Assembly (NCBI GenBank): GCA_965116495.1
Contig: OZ220696.1
Location: 3,616,001-3,680,000, forward strand
Reading direction: 5' to 3'
Source of the DNA: Gammaproteobacteria bacterium
GTDB taxonomy: Bacteria; Pseudomonadota; Gammaproteobacteria; Eutrophobiales; Eutrophobiaceae
Length of the DNA stretch: 64,000 bases
This document shows, one piece after another, positions 31,150 through 42,500 of this stretch (position 1 is its first letter; each line of letters opens with the position of its first letter). Under the pieces are notes generated by a model. The model searched no databases, was not told the origin of the DNA, and saw only the letters and a program-made list of their open reading frames with translations. The position numbers and the translations under genes are program-made.

Positions 31150-31729
31150 ACTGTTTTGGGCAACGGGTTTGAACAGGGATGAGCAGGATTTACACTGCGG
31201 GGCACGGGACGGACTCCCGCTTACAACCCTGCCTCGGGGGCCAGGGCAGGCATGCGGGGGCATGCTTGAAGTCCGCTGGATTCCTCTAATTTATGGGTGT
31301 CCCAAATTACCCTTTGCATCCGCCACATGCGTTTGACTGTTGATTCAGGTTCACCTGATTCAGGACACTCAGCACAGAGACACCCATCCCCCTCTGTGCC
31401 CTCTGTGGCAAACAAATAATCGTACCCGATAATAGGTTCAGCAGCCCGGGCGATGTCTTCCGATTACGCCGGGCGCGGCGGTATTCTTTTGCCGAGCATT
31501 TCCAGGGCCGCTCATTGAATACCTTGCAGTACAGGCGCATTGGACAAGACCCGGCGCAGTGGCTGCACAAACGAAGAGCGTATTTACCCGATTCTCAGGC
31601 CCGGGGAACTACCATAGCAGTCACTCCTGCCCTGGAGGCAGAGTAGCTGGTCTGGCTCTACCGTGAGCAGTAATTAGTAAAACCAAAGAATTCGTTTACT
31701 TCTATCTGATATAACAGGAGAAAAAAGTT

Positions 31730-34700
31730 ATGGCAACTGTACAAGAGATGATGCCTGAAGCGGCCCACAGCATCGACACCTCCTACACGATATCTGCTGG
31801 CGATGTGTTCGCAGGCGGAATTACTCGTGGCGATGAAGACTGGATTAAGATCGAGATGAGTGAAGGCAAGCAATACACCATCACTGTCGGGGGCGGTGAG
31901 GGCGGAATGCTGAACGACTCCATCCTCAAGCTGATGGACGGCAAGGGCGGCGTGATCGAGATGAATGACGATACGGACCCCGCCAACGGCAAACTGGGTT
32001 CCGCAATTCACGTTCACCCCGGAGGTACCGGCAGCGGCACGCAGACGTACTATCATCAGTGTCAGCGGCTATAGCGACAATCCGGGCGCAAGTGAATGCC
32101 GGCACCTACACGCTCAGTGTCACAGCGATAGACGTGCTGCCGACCGGCGAGGGTGCGGACATCGAGGGTACGGGTGGCGCCGACAAGCTCACCGGCACGG
32201 CTGATGGCGAGTCCATCGCGGGTCTGGGCGGCAACGACACCATATACGGTGGTGGTGGCGACGACAGCCTGAGCGGTGGCGCAGGTGCTGACTTGCTCAT
32301 GGGCGGTGCGGGCGCCGACACGCTGAGAGGTGGTTCCTCCACGTATGATATTGATGGTGATGGTCCAGGGACAGCAACTGATGAGCACCGGGACACCATA
32401 TCCTACAAGTATTCACCGATGGGTGTCACCATCAACCTGAACGCCGGTACGGCCAGCGGTGGCGATGCCGAGGGTGATGACCTCGGCACGGACATTGAGA
32501 ATGTCATAGGTTCCATGCACGACGACGTGTTGACCGGCACGGATAACGTCAACGTGGGTAACAGTTTGTGGGGTTTGGGCGGAAACGACATTCTCTCCGG
32601 TAGAGAGGGCGAAGACATGCTCTACGGCGGCGCCGGCGATGACATGCTGGACGGCGGCGATGAGAACGATACCCTGGAAGGTGGCTATGGCGCGGATGAG
32701 TTAACCGGTGGTCTGGGCGCGGATACCGCCTCCTACGCCAGTTCCATGATGGGCGTAACGGTACGGCTGCATTCCGGCCAGGCCATGGGCGGCGACGCCG
32801 AAGGCGATACCTGGGGCGACACGGTGACCGTAGAGTACAGCATGCCGGCTGAGGACCCTGAAGATCCCCCTGTTCTAAAGGAGGAGACGGTACCTGATAT
32901 CGTCCACCTGACCGGTTCTCACATGGCCGACATACTGGCCGGCGACAGCAGGGACAACACCATTATGGGTATGGGCGGCGATGACAAGATCTACGGCGGC
33001 CCCGGTGGCGGTGATGACGTGCTGCACGGTGGTGGTGGCGCTGACATGCTGTTCGGCGGTATAGGCGCTGACGATCTCCATGGTGGTGACGGCGATGACA
33101 TGCTGCATGGCGGCCCTGGCGCTGACGATTTTTATGGCGGCGCCGGTAATGACATGATCTATGCGGATCTTGATGATGATGTTATTGACGGAGGAAGTAA
33201 TCCAGCAGGACATCCACCGGATATGGACACCGTCTCATTTGCAAGATTGGTGGATATGAACGTTGGAACGAGTGCAGATGACCCATTTACCCTTGGGGCT
33301 CGCGCAGAGGATAGAACAATACCCGCTGATGTTGATGCAGTAAACATCGAGCGTGTCATCGGTACGGACGAGGATGATTTTATAACCGGTGCAGATGAGT
33401 CAGCAGACGATGAAAATGACGCAGGGGAAGAAATCGAAGGCGGCGACGGTGGCGATACGCTTGTTGGCGGTGTTGGTGGCGGGGATACCGTATCCTATGA
33501 AAGTTCCGACCGGCGCGTGCGGGTGGATCTTGGCGATGGCACTGCCACCGGAGAGGCCGGATCGAGCAACTCCGGCGGTCACGCCACGGGCGACACCATC
33601 TCCGGTTTTGAAGACATCAAGGGTTCGGCCCATGGCGACGTTCTGCAAGGCCTGACTGGGACTGAAACGACGACTGGAACGGTTACTGCGACCGGCAGCA
33701 CGCTATGGGGTCTCGGCGGCGATGACTCCCTGACAGGCGGCTTTGATAATGACACCATTGAAGGCGGTGCCGGCGCTGATGAGGTAGATGGTGGCTTCAC
33801 CGCCAGTACTACCGAGGGAGTAGTGGGTACGAATACCCAAGCTAACACCTTGTCATACGCCGGTTCGGATGCGGGCGTAACGGTGAATCTGGTTACTTCA
33901 ACCGCATCAGGCGGTCATGCCGATGGTGATGAAATTGAAACCTACGAACTCACGCTCAATGAAGGCGGAGATAATGAGACGGAAATCGATGTTGCCACCT
34001 TCGTAAACGTGACCGGGTCAATGCATGATGACCACTTGACCGGTGACATGTTCAATAACCATCTCGCAGGCGGCGCCGGTGATGACAGACTGAGCGGTGG
34101 TGCCGGAGCGGATGTACTTGCTGGTGGCCCGGGGGCCGACAGGCTGGACGGTGGTGAGGATGCGAATGAAAGGAATAACATGGTACCTGATCCTGATGGG
34201 GACGAAGGTGCTATGATGGCTGCTTCAGAAGACTGGGCAGCTTATCGCGGCGCCATGGAAGGTGTTACGGTGAACCTGAACACAGGCAACGGTACGGGTG
34301 GTGACGCCATGGGTGACACGCTCAAGAATGTTGAGTTGGTATGGGGTTCCGCGCATGCTGATACGTTCGTAGCCAGTGAGGGTGCCGACATCATCCACGG
34401 TGATGGTGGCAGTGACACCGTATCCTACGAAGCATCGAAGCATGGGGTTACCGTCAATATGGCGGGTGATAACCCAGTGAACGTTGTTGATACGACCTTC
34501 ACTGCGGCTACTGATACTGATGGTACTCCGGGTAACGAGGATGACACACCGGACATATATAACCCTGCTACTGATGCAATCGTTACGGCATGGAGAGGTG
34601 GTAACTTTACCGAAAGGCCAACCGCTGTCGAGGACTTCGGTACCGATGCAACGAACAAAAGCTACGCCAAAGGCGACGTACTGGCCAGCATTGAGAACAT

Positions 34701-35295
34701 AACCGGTTCCCGTCAGGACGACAACATTACCGGTGATGCCGTTCCCAATACCCTCAAAGGCGGCGCCGGCAATGATGAGTTGAGCGGTGGTGGTCAGAAT
34801 GACAAGCTGTACGGCGAAGCCGGGAACGACGCCCTGAACGGCGATGCAGGTGATGACATGCTCATGGGTGGTGATGGCAATGATGACCTGGACGGTGGTG
34901 AAGGTGCTGACACCCTGAACGGTGGTGCCGGCGATGATGACCTGACCGGTAGCGGCGGCGCTGACACTTTTGTCTTCAGCCCGGGCGACGGAGATGACGT
35001 CATCGTTACGTTCGCTGAGGCAGACGACAAGATTGACCTGAGTGCGTTCGGTCTCGATGCGGATGAATTGAAAGCTGCCATCAGTGTACGTGCCGGTAAT
35101 ACTGTCATCAATCTGAATGATTACGGTGGCGGCACAATCACGCTTCAGGGTACCGATATAGACGTTCTTGAGAAGGGTACAAATGCTGAGGAAAATGAGA
35201 TCGAGACGCTGAGCGTCCGTGTGGATCTCAACAACGATGGTGACTTTGGAGATACAGTTGATGGTGTTGCTGAAGATGGTATCTTCATTATCTGA
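31730..35295 (+). pseudogene. RTX calcium-binding protein 2, frameshifted near 32010-32090 (real or sequencing error)
   Basis: ORFs 31730-32074 and 32059-35295 join into a paralog of 39528-43052; four small insertions relative to that gene. Confidence 0.8.
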
Positions 35296-35349
35296 TCAGC
35301 CGAGGTATTAGTAAACTAATCTTCCTGATTTCACGGAAGTAAACGATCG

Positions 35350-35400
35350 CAGGGGCGGTTTAGACGGGGAAACCTGTCTAAACTGGCCCCTGTTTTATTT
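35350..35400 (+). terminator. intrinsic terminator of RTX gene 2
   Basis: CAGGGGCGGTTTAGAC..GTCTAAACTGGCCCCTG plus TTTTATTT, with compensatory changes relative to the gene 1 copy. Confidence 0.75.
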
Positions 35401-35417
35401 GTACCCTACAGGACCGT

Positions 35418-35446
35418 TTGACAAACCGAAATCCAGTTACGATAAT
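35418..35446 (+). promoter_or_regulatory. sigma70 promoter antisense to tRNA-like copy 2
   Basis: TTGACA-17bp-GATAAT. Confidence 0.72.
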
Positions 35447-35461
35447 CATGACCGGTGCCTT

Positions 35462-35562
35462 TGGTGCCTGGGACGGGACTCGAACCCGTAAGGCTTGTAG
35501 GTTTCGCTGCAAATACCGGGGGAGTGACAATCCCCCGTGTTTACCGATTTCACCACCCGGGC
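35462..35562 (-). tRNA. tRNA-like element copy 2: Leu-type body, GUC anticodon, long variable arm
   Basis: GCCCGGGTGGTGAAATCGGTAAACACG-GGGGA-TTGTCAC-TCCCC-(29 nt)-ACGGG-TTCGAGT-CCCGT-CCCAGGC-ACCA; one C-A mismatch in the acceptor stem. Confidence 0.8.
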
Positions 35563-35570
35563 AAAAACGA

Positions 35571-35598
35571 CCCGTCCCTTTCGAGGGATGGGTTTTTT
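35571..35598 (+). terminator. terminator for the antisense transcript of copy 2
   Basis: CCCGTCCCT-TTCG-AGGGATGGG-TTTTTT. Confidence 0.75.
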
Positions 35599-35655
35599 AA
35601 CGCCCATTGATTGTATAAAACCCCCGTCTTGCGCAAAGCGAAACCTGATCAGATT

Positions 35656-35671
35656 TGTGAGAAAACTCACA
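35656..35671. promoter_or_regulatory. CRP-type box shared by divergent promoters
   Basis: TGTGA-GAAAAC-TCACA; TACAAT (minus, 35610-35615) and TATAAT (plus, 35712-35717) are equidistant from it. Confidence 0.72.
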
Positions 35672-35758
35672 GCCTCCCCAAAAAATATCTCACTCCGCCC
35701 CCTAGGCAGACTATAATCAACCCTGGCGTTTCATCAACAAAGAAGGATACGGGAAAAC

Positions 35759-36055
35759 ATGTCAATGGAATTAATTGCCTTGACAGGTATCGGCGTAACG
35801 GTAATCAGTACCGGCGTTGCACTGGCCGCCCTTATCCTGAATACCCAACGCAACCTGCGAGTGGAGATGCAGGCCCAGCGGGCGGAGACGAAGACAGAAT
35901 TCAAGGCTGTGCGGGAGGACATGCAGGCCCAGCGGGAAGCAATAATCAGCTTACTGGAACGCATGGCGCACCTGGAAGGATTGCTTGAGGGCCTGCGTGA
36001 GGCCATCACCGGCCGGCGCGTGGCTGAAGAAACGGGAAAATACAATACGCGCTGA
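35759..36055 (+). CDS. small N-anchored coiled-coil protein, family A (short)
   Basis: TM N-terminus, EFKAVRED unit, ERMAHLEGLLEG; paralogs at 37970 and 45256. Confidence 0.75.
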   Translation: MSMELIALTGIGVTVISTGVALAALILNTQRNLRVEMQAQRAETKTEFKAVREDMQAQREAIISLLERMAHLEGLLEGLREAITGRRVAEETGKYNTR

Positions 36056-36237
36056 ACAGCGGCGCAACCTCTCGAGTAATCCAGGACACCCTCAGCGCAT
36101 CTACCTAATTTATGGGTGTCCCAAATTACACCGGCCTCCTACGAGGCATCGTCGTTGGGCGTCACGGTGGACCAGAGCAGTGACACTCAGCACAGGACAG
36201 TGGTGACAGGCGGTACGGGCACTGAAGCTGATCCCTT

Positions 36238-36314
36238 TCTGATTTCACGGAAGTAAACGATCGCAGGGGCGGTTCAGACGGGGCAATCCGTTTGGACTGG
36301 CCCCTGTTTTATTT
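36238..36314 (+). terminator. orphan copy of the RTX 3' trailer and terminator
   Basis: CTGATTTCACGGAAGTAAACGATCGCAGGGGC..GCCCCTGTTTTATTT with no upstream RTX gene. Confidence 0.7.
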
Positions 36315-36343
36315 CTGCCTTCCTTTTTGTGATGGGTCGTGTA

Positions 36344-36604
36344 TCAGGAAAAGATCCTGTAGGCAATCGCAAGGATAAAGGGATAAAGGGAAAACACAGC
36401 GAACTTCAAGACCTTCAGTTCGGCGTTCATATCAGAGCGTAGCCCCTGTATGTCCGATTTCAATTCAGTACGCAGTTCCTGCAGGTCGGTTTTCGTTGCC
36501 AGGTTGTCGGTGACAGGCACGACGCCTGCTGCGGCCTTCGCTTTCTCTTCGGACGTTCCGGCTTCCACCAGGGCTTCGTAGATTTCGGCAATCATCATGC
36601 TCAT
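36344..36604 (-). CDS. small coiled-coil protein with C-terminal anchor, family D (DUF1640-like)
   Basis: EIYEALVEAGTSEEKAKAAA, LATKTDL, hydrophobic tail. Confidence 0.75.
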   Translation of the reverse strand: MSMMIAEIYEALVEAGTSEEKAKAAAGVVPVTDNLATKTDLQELRTELKSDIQGLRSDMNAELKVLKFAVFSLYPFILAIAYRIFS

Positions 36605-36687
36605 GCTCTCTCTCCATGTATGTTTATCAGATGTCTATTATATTATCAACGCGGGCAAACGTATTCAAACAGGAGTTCGACGTTTCA

Positions 36688-36703
36688 TGTGAGTTTTGTC
36701 ACA
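36688..36703. promoter_or_regulatory. CRP-type box
   Basis: TGTGA-GTTTTG-TCACA, 19 bp upstream of TTGACG. Confidence 0.68.
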
Positions 36704-36798
36704 AATATCGAAAAAAAAACCGTTGACGGTCTCCATATGTATATTTTACAGTGAGTGTCACTTGAAATTAAGGGAACGGGCGAATCGGGACATACAAC

Positions 36799-37191
36799 AT
36801 GTCTATGGAAATAATAACCATCGTCAGCCTCGGTTTAACGGTAATCACAGTCGGCATCATGCTGGCCGGTCTTATTCTGACTGGTCAGCGCGCCCTTCGG
36901 GCAGAGATGAATGGCCAGCGGGGAGACATCAAGTCCCTGCGGGAAGAAATGCGGTCGGAGTTCAAGGCCGTGCGGGAAGAGTTGCATGCTTACCGGGAGG
37001 AGACCCAGAGAGAATTCAAGGCCGTGCGCGAGGAGATAGGCGGTTTGCGCGAGGAGATAGGCGGTTTGCGCGAACGCATGGCGCATGTAGAAGGACTGCT
37101 TGAGGGCCTGCTGCGTGAAGCCTTCATCGGCAGGCGCGCAGCGCCGGCGGAAGCCGTGGCTGAGGACCCCGGCCCATACGATAAACGCTGA
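36799..37191 (+). CDS. small N-anchored coiled-coil protein, family B
   Basis: TM N-terminus, REEIGGL heptads, ERMAHVEGLLEG..PYDKR. Confidence 0.75.
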   Translation: MSMEIITIVSLGLTVITVGIMLAGLILTGQRALRAEMNGQRGDIKSLREEMRSEFKAVREELHAYREETQREFKAVREEIGGLREEIGGLRERMAHVEGLLEGLLREAFIGRRAAPAEAVAEDPGPYDKR

Positions 37192-37316
37192 CCTGTCCCT
37201 TCCTGCTCATCCCTGTTCCAACCCGTTGCCCAAAACCGATTGACAACGAACCCCGGCCAAGCCATACTGCCCGAACGATTAACTGGAAGTTGTAACAGTA
37301 AAGGAGGTACACCCCA

Positions 37317-37604
37317 ATGATAAATCAGGAAGCCCAACTGAACGGCAGCACGGAAGCCTTTGCCCGCGCCTTTTCCAACCTGGTAAAGGACGCCACCTCA
37401 CACTTGGCCACCAAGGAAGATTTGGACAACGTGGTTGCCAACATGGCCACTAAGGAAGATTTGGACAACGCGGTTGCCAACATGGCTACCAAGGAGGATA
37501 TCAATGAACTGTCAGACCGGATAGACACGACCGACAAGCACATGCAGACCCAGTTTGCCCGACAGGAAGAGAAAATCGCCGACATAGCCCGGAAACTGGA
37601 TTGA
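37317..37604 (+). CDS. small coiled-coil protein, family C (ATKEDL repeats)
   Basis: SD AGGAGG, promoter TTGACA-17bp-CATACT at 37240-37268, three ATKED units. Confidence 0.75.
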   Translation: MINQEAQLNGSTEAFARAFSNLVKDATSHLATKEDLDNVVANMATKEDLDNAVANMATKEDINELSDRIDTTDKHMQTQFARQEEKIADIARKLD

Positions 37605-37969
37605 GCCCGAGGGGCTGATACACCACCCGGGCAAGAACGACCCGTCCCTCTCGGGGGCGGGATTTTTTATGGTAATTCAGGACACTCGCAAATTATCCTG
37701 CCTGCAAGAGGCAGTTTCCCACATACTTGACATGAATGAATGACGGACTGGGTTCCTGCTTTCGTAGGAACGACGGGTCGTGTCAAGAATCTTTCGTACT
37801 TTCTGTCCGACCCTGGAAGGCTACAGGTACGGCTATCTAATTTATGGGTGCCTGAATTACTCTACCCCGTTATAGAGGTTTGCGGACAACGTGATTTATG
37901 GGTGCCCTGAATTACTCTACCCCGTCACGCTGAGGGTGTCCTGGATTACTCGAGAGGTTGCGCCGGTGT

Positions 37970-38407
37970 TCAGCGCGTATTGTATTTTCCTGTTTCTTCA
38001 GCCACGCGCCGGCCGGTGATGGCCTCACGCAGGCCGTCAAGCAATCCTTCCAGGTGCGCCATGCGTTCCAGTAAGCTGATGATTGCTTCCCGCTGGGCCC
38101 GCATGTCCTCTCGCACAGCCTTGAATTCTGTCTTCGTCTCCTCTCGCACAGCCTCGAATTCTGTCTTCGCCTCCTCCCGCTGGGCCTGCATGTCCTCCCG
38201 TACAGCCTCGAATTCTGTCTTCACCTCCGCCCGCTGGGCCCGCATGTCCTCCCGCACAGCCTTGAATTCTGTCTTCGTCTCCGCCCGCTGGGCCCGCATC
38301 TCCACCCGCAGGTTGCGTTGGGTATTCAGGATAAGGGCGGCCAGTGCAACGCCGGTACTGATTACCGTTACGCCGATACCTGTCAAGGTAATTAATTCCA
38401 TTGACAT
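37970..38407 (-). CDS. small N-anchored coiled-coil protein, family A (medium)
   Basis: Same termini as 35759 with four EF(K/E)AVRE units. Confidence 0.75.
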   Translation of the reverse strand: MSMELITLTGIGVTVISTGVALAALILNTQRNLRVEMRAQRAETKTEFKAVREDMRAQRAEVKTEFEAVREDMQAQREEAKTEFEAVREETKTEFKAVREDMRAQREAIISLLERMAHLEGLLDGLREAITGRRVAEETGKYNTR

Positions 38408-38523
38408 GATGTATTTTCCTCAGTCTCCTTGTGTAGTCAGCGCCGGCCTGTTATCCACCGGTTCTGAGTTATCCTTAATATAAAGATACGGTTTGAACCT
38501 GTCCAAACATCTTTTCCCGAGTT

Positions 38524-38539
38524 TGTGGGTTTTATCACA
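38524..38539. promoter_or_regulatory. CRP-type box (one mismatch)
   Basis: TGTGG-GTTTTA-TCACA upstream of a TGGACA-17bp-TATATT promoter on the minus strand. Confidence 0.6.
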
Positions 38540-38667
38540 TGCCACCGCAGGTTAACAATTGAACGGCGTAAACTTGGACACTACCTCCAATTTGTGGGTG
38601 TCCCAAATTACGCCGTGCATCGTGCGACCTGACCCCGGCTTCCCGGTGTTGCAGATTAGGCGCCAGG

Positions 38668-38985
38668 TCAGCGTTTATCGTATGGGCCGGGACCCTCAGC
38701 CACGGCCTCCGCCGGCGCTGCGCGCCTGCCGATGAAGGCTTCACGCAGCAGGCCCTCAAGCAGTCCTTCCACATGCGCCATGCGCTCCCGCAAACCGCCT
38801 ATCTCCTCCCGCACGGCCTTGAATTCTCTCTGGGCCTCCTCCCGGTGAGCATGCAGCTCTCCCCGCAGGGACTGTATGTCTCCCCGCTGGCCATTCATCT
38901 CTGCCCGAAGGGCGCGCTGACCAGTCAGAATAAGACCGGCCAGCGCCACGGCGGTGCTGATGATGGCAATTAATTCCATTGACAT
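38668..38985 (-). CDS. small N-anchored coiled-coil protein, family B (with a family A-type leader and start)
   Basis: MSMELIA start and upstream region match the 35759 gene; the body matches the 44674 gene. Confidence 0.75.
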   Translation of the reverse strand: MSMELIAIISTAVALAGLILTGQRALRAEMNGQRGDIQSLRGELHAHREEAQREFKAVREEIGGLRERMAHVEGLLEGLLREAFIGRRAAPAEAVAEGPGPYDKR

Positions 38986-39072
38986 GTTTTCCCGTATCCT
39001 TCTTTGTTGATGAAACGCCAGAGTCGATTATAGCCTGCCTGGGGGCCGGAGTGAGATATTTTTTGGGGAGGC

Positions 39073-39088
39073 TGTGAGTTTTCTCACA
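39073..39088. promoter_or_regulatory. CRP-type box
   Basis: TGTGA-GTTTTC-TCACA; inverted copy of the 35656 context. Confidence 0.68.
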
Positions 39089-39527
39089 AATCTGATCAGA
39101 TTTCGCTTTGCGGCAGACGGGGGTTTTATACAATCAATGGGCACTAAAAAACCTGGTAATTCAGGACACCCACAAATTATCCTGCCTGCAAGAGGCAGTT
39201 TCCCACATACTTGACATGAATGAATGACGGACTGGGTTCCTGCTTTCGCAGGAACGACGGGTCGTGTCAAGAATCTTTCGCACTTTCTGTCCGACCCTGG
39301 AAAGCTACAGGTACGGCCATCTAATTTATGGGTGTCCTCCCGTCATTCTGGCGAACGCCAGAATCCATAGGTAACTCGGTAAATGACTGGGTTCCGGGTC
39401 AAGCCCGGAACGACTGGGGGGGTACAAATAAAACAGGGGCCAGTCTAAACGGGTTGCCCCGTCTAAACCGCCCCTGTGATCGTTTACTTCCGTGAAATCA
39501 GGAAGATTTTGGTTTTGTTGCCTATGG

Positions 39528-42500
39528 TTATACGATAAAGATACCGTCTGTGGCATCGGTTCCGTCACCTATGCCATCTTCAGCACCATTCGTATCATTA
39601 AGGACAAGTGCTATACCGATTGTAGCTGTCAGTACGGCTATAGTCTGATCCTGAATGGTAATTCTGCCGCCACCGTAGTCTTCCAGGTTAACGACAACAT
39701 TGCCGGCACGCTCGCTGAGGAGGCCTTCCATATCGCCCGGCCTGATCCCGAAAGCCGTGAGGTCGATGTAATCGCCATCGCCGGTACGATTCGTGGCGTC
39801 GCCAGCAGCAGTCGGCGCTAATTCAATGTCGATAATGACGTCGCTTCCGTTGCCCGGGGTGAAGACAAAAGTGTCTATGCCTGTACCACCGGTCAGGTCA
39901 TCATCACCAGCGCCACCATTTATGGTGTCATTACCGGCGCCGCCATTTATGGTGTCATTGCCGGCGTCACCGTACATCATGTCATTGCCTGCGTCAGTAG
40001 CTGCAGCCTCTCCACGATCACTGTTATCGTTGTCGTCATTCAAGTCCGCTTCAGCTCTTTCGCCTATTACATCATTGCCGGCGCCGCCGTGCAGCTTGTC
40101 ATTTCCATCGCCGCCACTAATCCTGTCAGGGCCGCCGCCGCCTTTGATGACATTGGGAGTGGCATCGCCGACAATAACGTCGTCCTGACGGGAACCGGTC
40201 ACGTTCTCAATGCTGGCCAGTACGTCACCTTCGGCGTAGCTCTTGGTCGTTGTCAAAGTATCTGGTTCCTGGACAGCTACCGGCCTCGGAGTATTTGTAC
40301 TACCTCCTCTCCATTCCTCAACAATTGCATCAGTAGCACTGATAAACGCATTATCATCGTCATTGCCCTCAATATCATCGGGGCCGTTGGCATCGAACGT
40401 AGTAGCATCGTTACCAACCAATTCTACAGTCACGCCATGCTTCGATGCTTCGTAGGATACGGTGTCACTGCCGCCATCACCGTGGATGATGTCGGCACCC
40501 TCACTGGCTACGAACGTATCGTCGTGCATAGAGCCCCATATCAATTCGATATTCTTGAGCGTGTCACCCATGGCGTCTCCACCCGTGCCCATGCCGGTGT
40601 TCAGGTTCACCATCACACCGTCCATAGCGCCGCGGTAGGCTGCCCAGTCTTCGTGCTCTACATCAGGGGTATCAGCATTTTCATCATGGTTCCATTTGCT
40701 GCTTCCACCATCCAGCCTGTCAGCACCCGGGCCACCAGCGAGTATGTCCGCTCCGGCGCCACTGCGCAGGTTGTCGTCACCAGCGCCGCCTTCGAGATGG
40801 TTATCGAACCTGTCACCGGTCAAGTGGTCATTATGCATCGACCCGGTCACGTTTACGAAGGTGGAAACATCTATATCTTCGTCATCGTCATCAGTAGTGG
40901 TGCCCTTGTCATCAAGAAACTCGTAGGTCTCAATTTCATCCCCCTGGGCATGACCGCCTGATGCGGTGGAAGTAGCCAGGTTCACTGTGACGCCCGCATC
41001 CGAACTGGCATAGGACAAGGTGTTTACTTGGCTACTTTCATCAACATCGTCTGTATCTTGAGTTACGCCGCCATCCAGCTCATCAGCGCCGGCGCCGCCT
41101 TCCAGGGTGTCATTGCCGTCTTCACCCGTCAGAGTGTCATCGCCGTCGAGACCCCAGAGTATGCTACCTTGGATACCGCCAGTATTAGGATCGGTATCAT
41201 TCGACCGGGCTGTCAGGTTGTCGTCAAAGGCCGAACCCCTGACGTTTTCAAAGCCGGCAATGTCGTCACCTGATGCATGGCCGCCGGAGGCGGTTGCGGT
41301 AGTTGCGTCGAGAGTATCCTCGCCAGCAGCCAAGTCAACCCGCACACCCCTGTCCGAATTCTCATAGGACACAGTATCACCTATGCCAGTACCACCTATA
41401 AGATCGTCCGCCCCATCGCCACCTTCGATGATTTCAGGGGCAGCGTTTGTGCCTGTCAACGTATCATCCTCGTCGGTGCCGATGAGAGTTTCAATAGAAA
41501 CAAAACGAGGAAGACCCAGATTGATATCGACTCCTTCCTTGTTCCTGGCGTAGGAAAGGGTGTCGTTCTCACCCGGCGCATTATCAGTCATCTCGTTAAA
41601 ATCCGTCGTCATCCCATCGTCCGCCATTGCAGCACCGGAAATGGTTCCGCTATCACCTGTGTTCGCCATGTCGTATATCATGTCACTGCCGGCGCCGCCG
41701 TAATAATCGTCATCGCCCGAACCGCCACTCAGCATGTCATTGCCGCCACCGCCATGGAGATCGTCATTGCCTATACCGCCGAACAGCATGTCAGCGCCGC
41801 CACCACCGTGCAGCACGTCATCACCACCGCCGGGGCCGCCGTAGATCTCGTCATCGCCGCCCATACCCATAATGGTGTTGTCCCTGCTGTCGCCGGCCAG
41901 TATGTCGGCCATGTGAGAACCGGTCAGGTGGACGATATCAGGTACCGTCTCCTCCTTTAGAACAGGGGGATCTTCAGGGTCCTCAGCCGGCATGCTGTAC
42001 TCTACGGTCACCGTGTCGCCCCAGGTATCGCCTTCGGCGTCGCCGCCCATGGCCTGGCCGGAATGCAGCCGTACCGTTACGCCCATCATGGAACTGGCGT
42101 AGGAGGCGGTATCCGCGCCCAGACCACCGGTTAACTCATCCGCGCCATAGCCACCTTCCAGGGTATCGTTCTCATCGCCGCCGTCCAGCATGTCATCGCC
42201 GGCGCCGCCGTAGAGCATGTCTTCGCCCTCTCTACCGGAGAGAACGTCGTTTCCGCCCAAACCCCACAATTTGTTACCCACGTTGACGTCATCCGTGCCG
42301 GTAATCGTGTCGTCGTGCATGGAACCTATGACATTCTCGATATCCGTACCGAGGTCATCACCCTCGGCGTCGCCGCCCCTGGCTGTGCCGTCATTCAGGT
42401 TGATGGTCACACCCATCGGGGAATACCTGTAGGTTATGGTGTCCTCACCGAGGCCACCCCTGAGCGTATCGGCGCCCGCACCGCCCATGAGCAGGTCGTT

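Noticed and set aside
31307-31570. Cys-rich 87-aa ORF upstream of RTX gene 2
   Set aside because: No clear SD or family signature, and the 3' part runs into repeat sequence.
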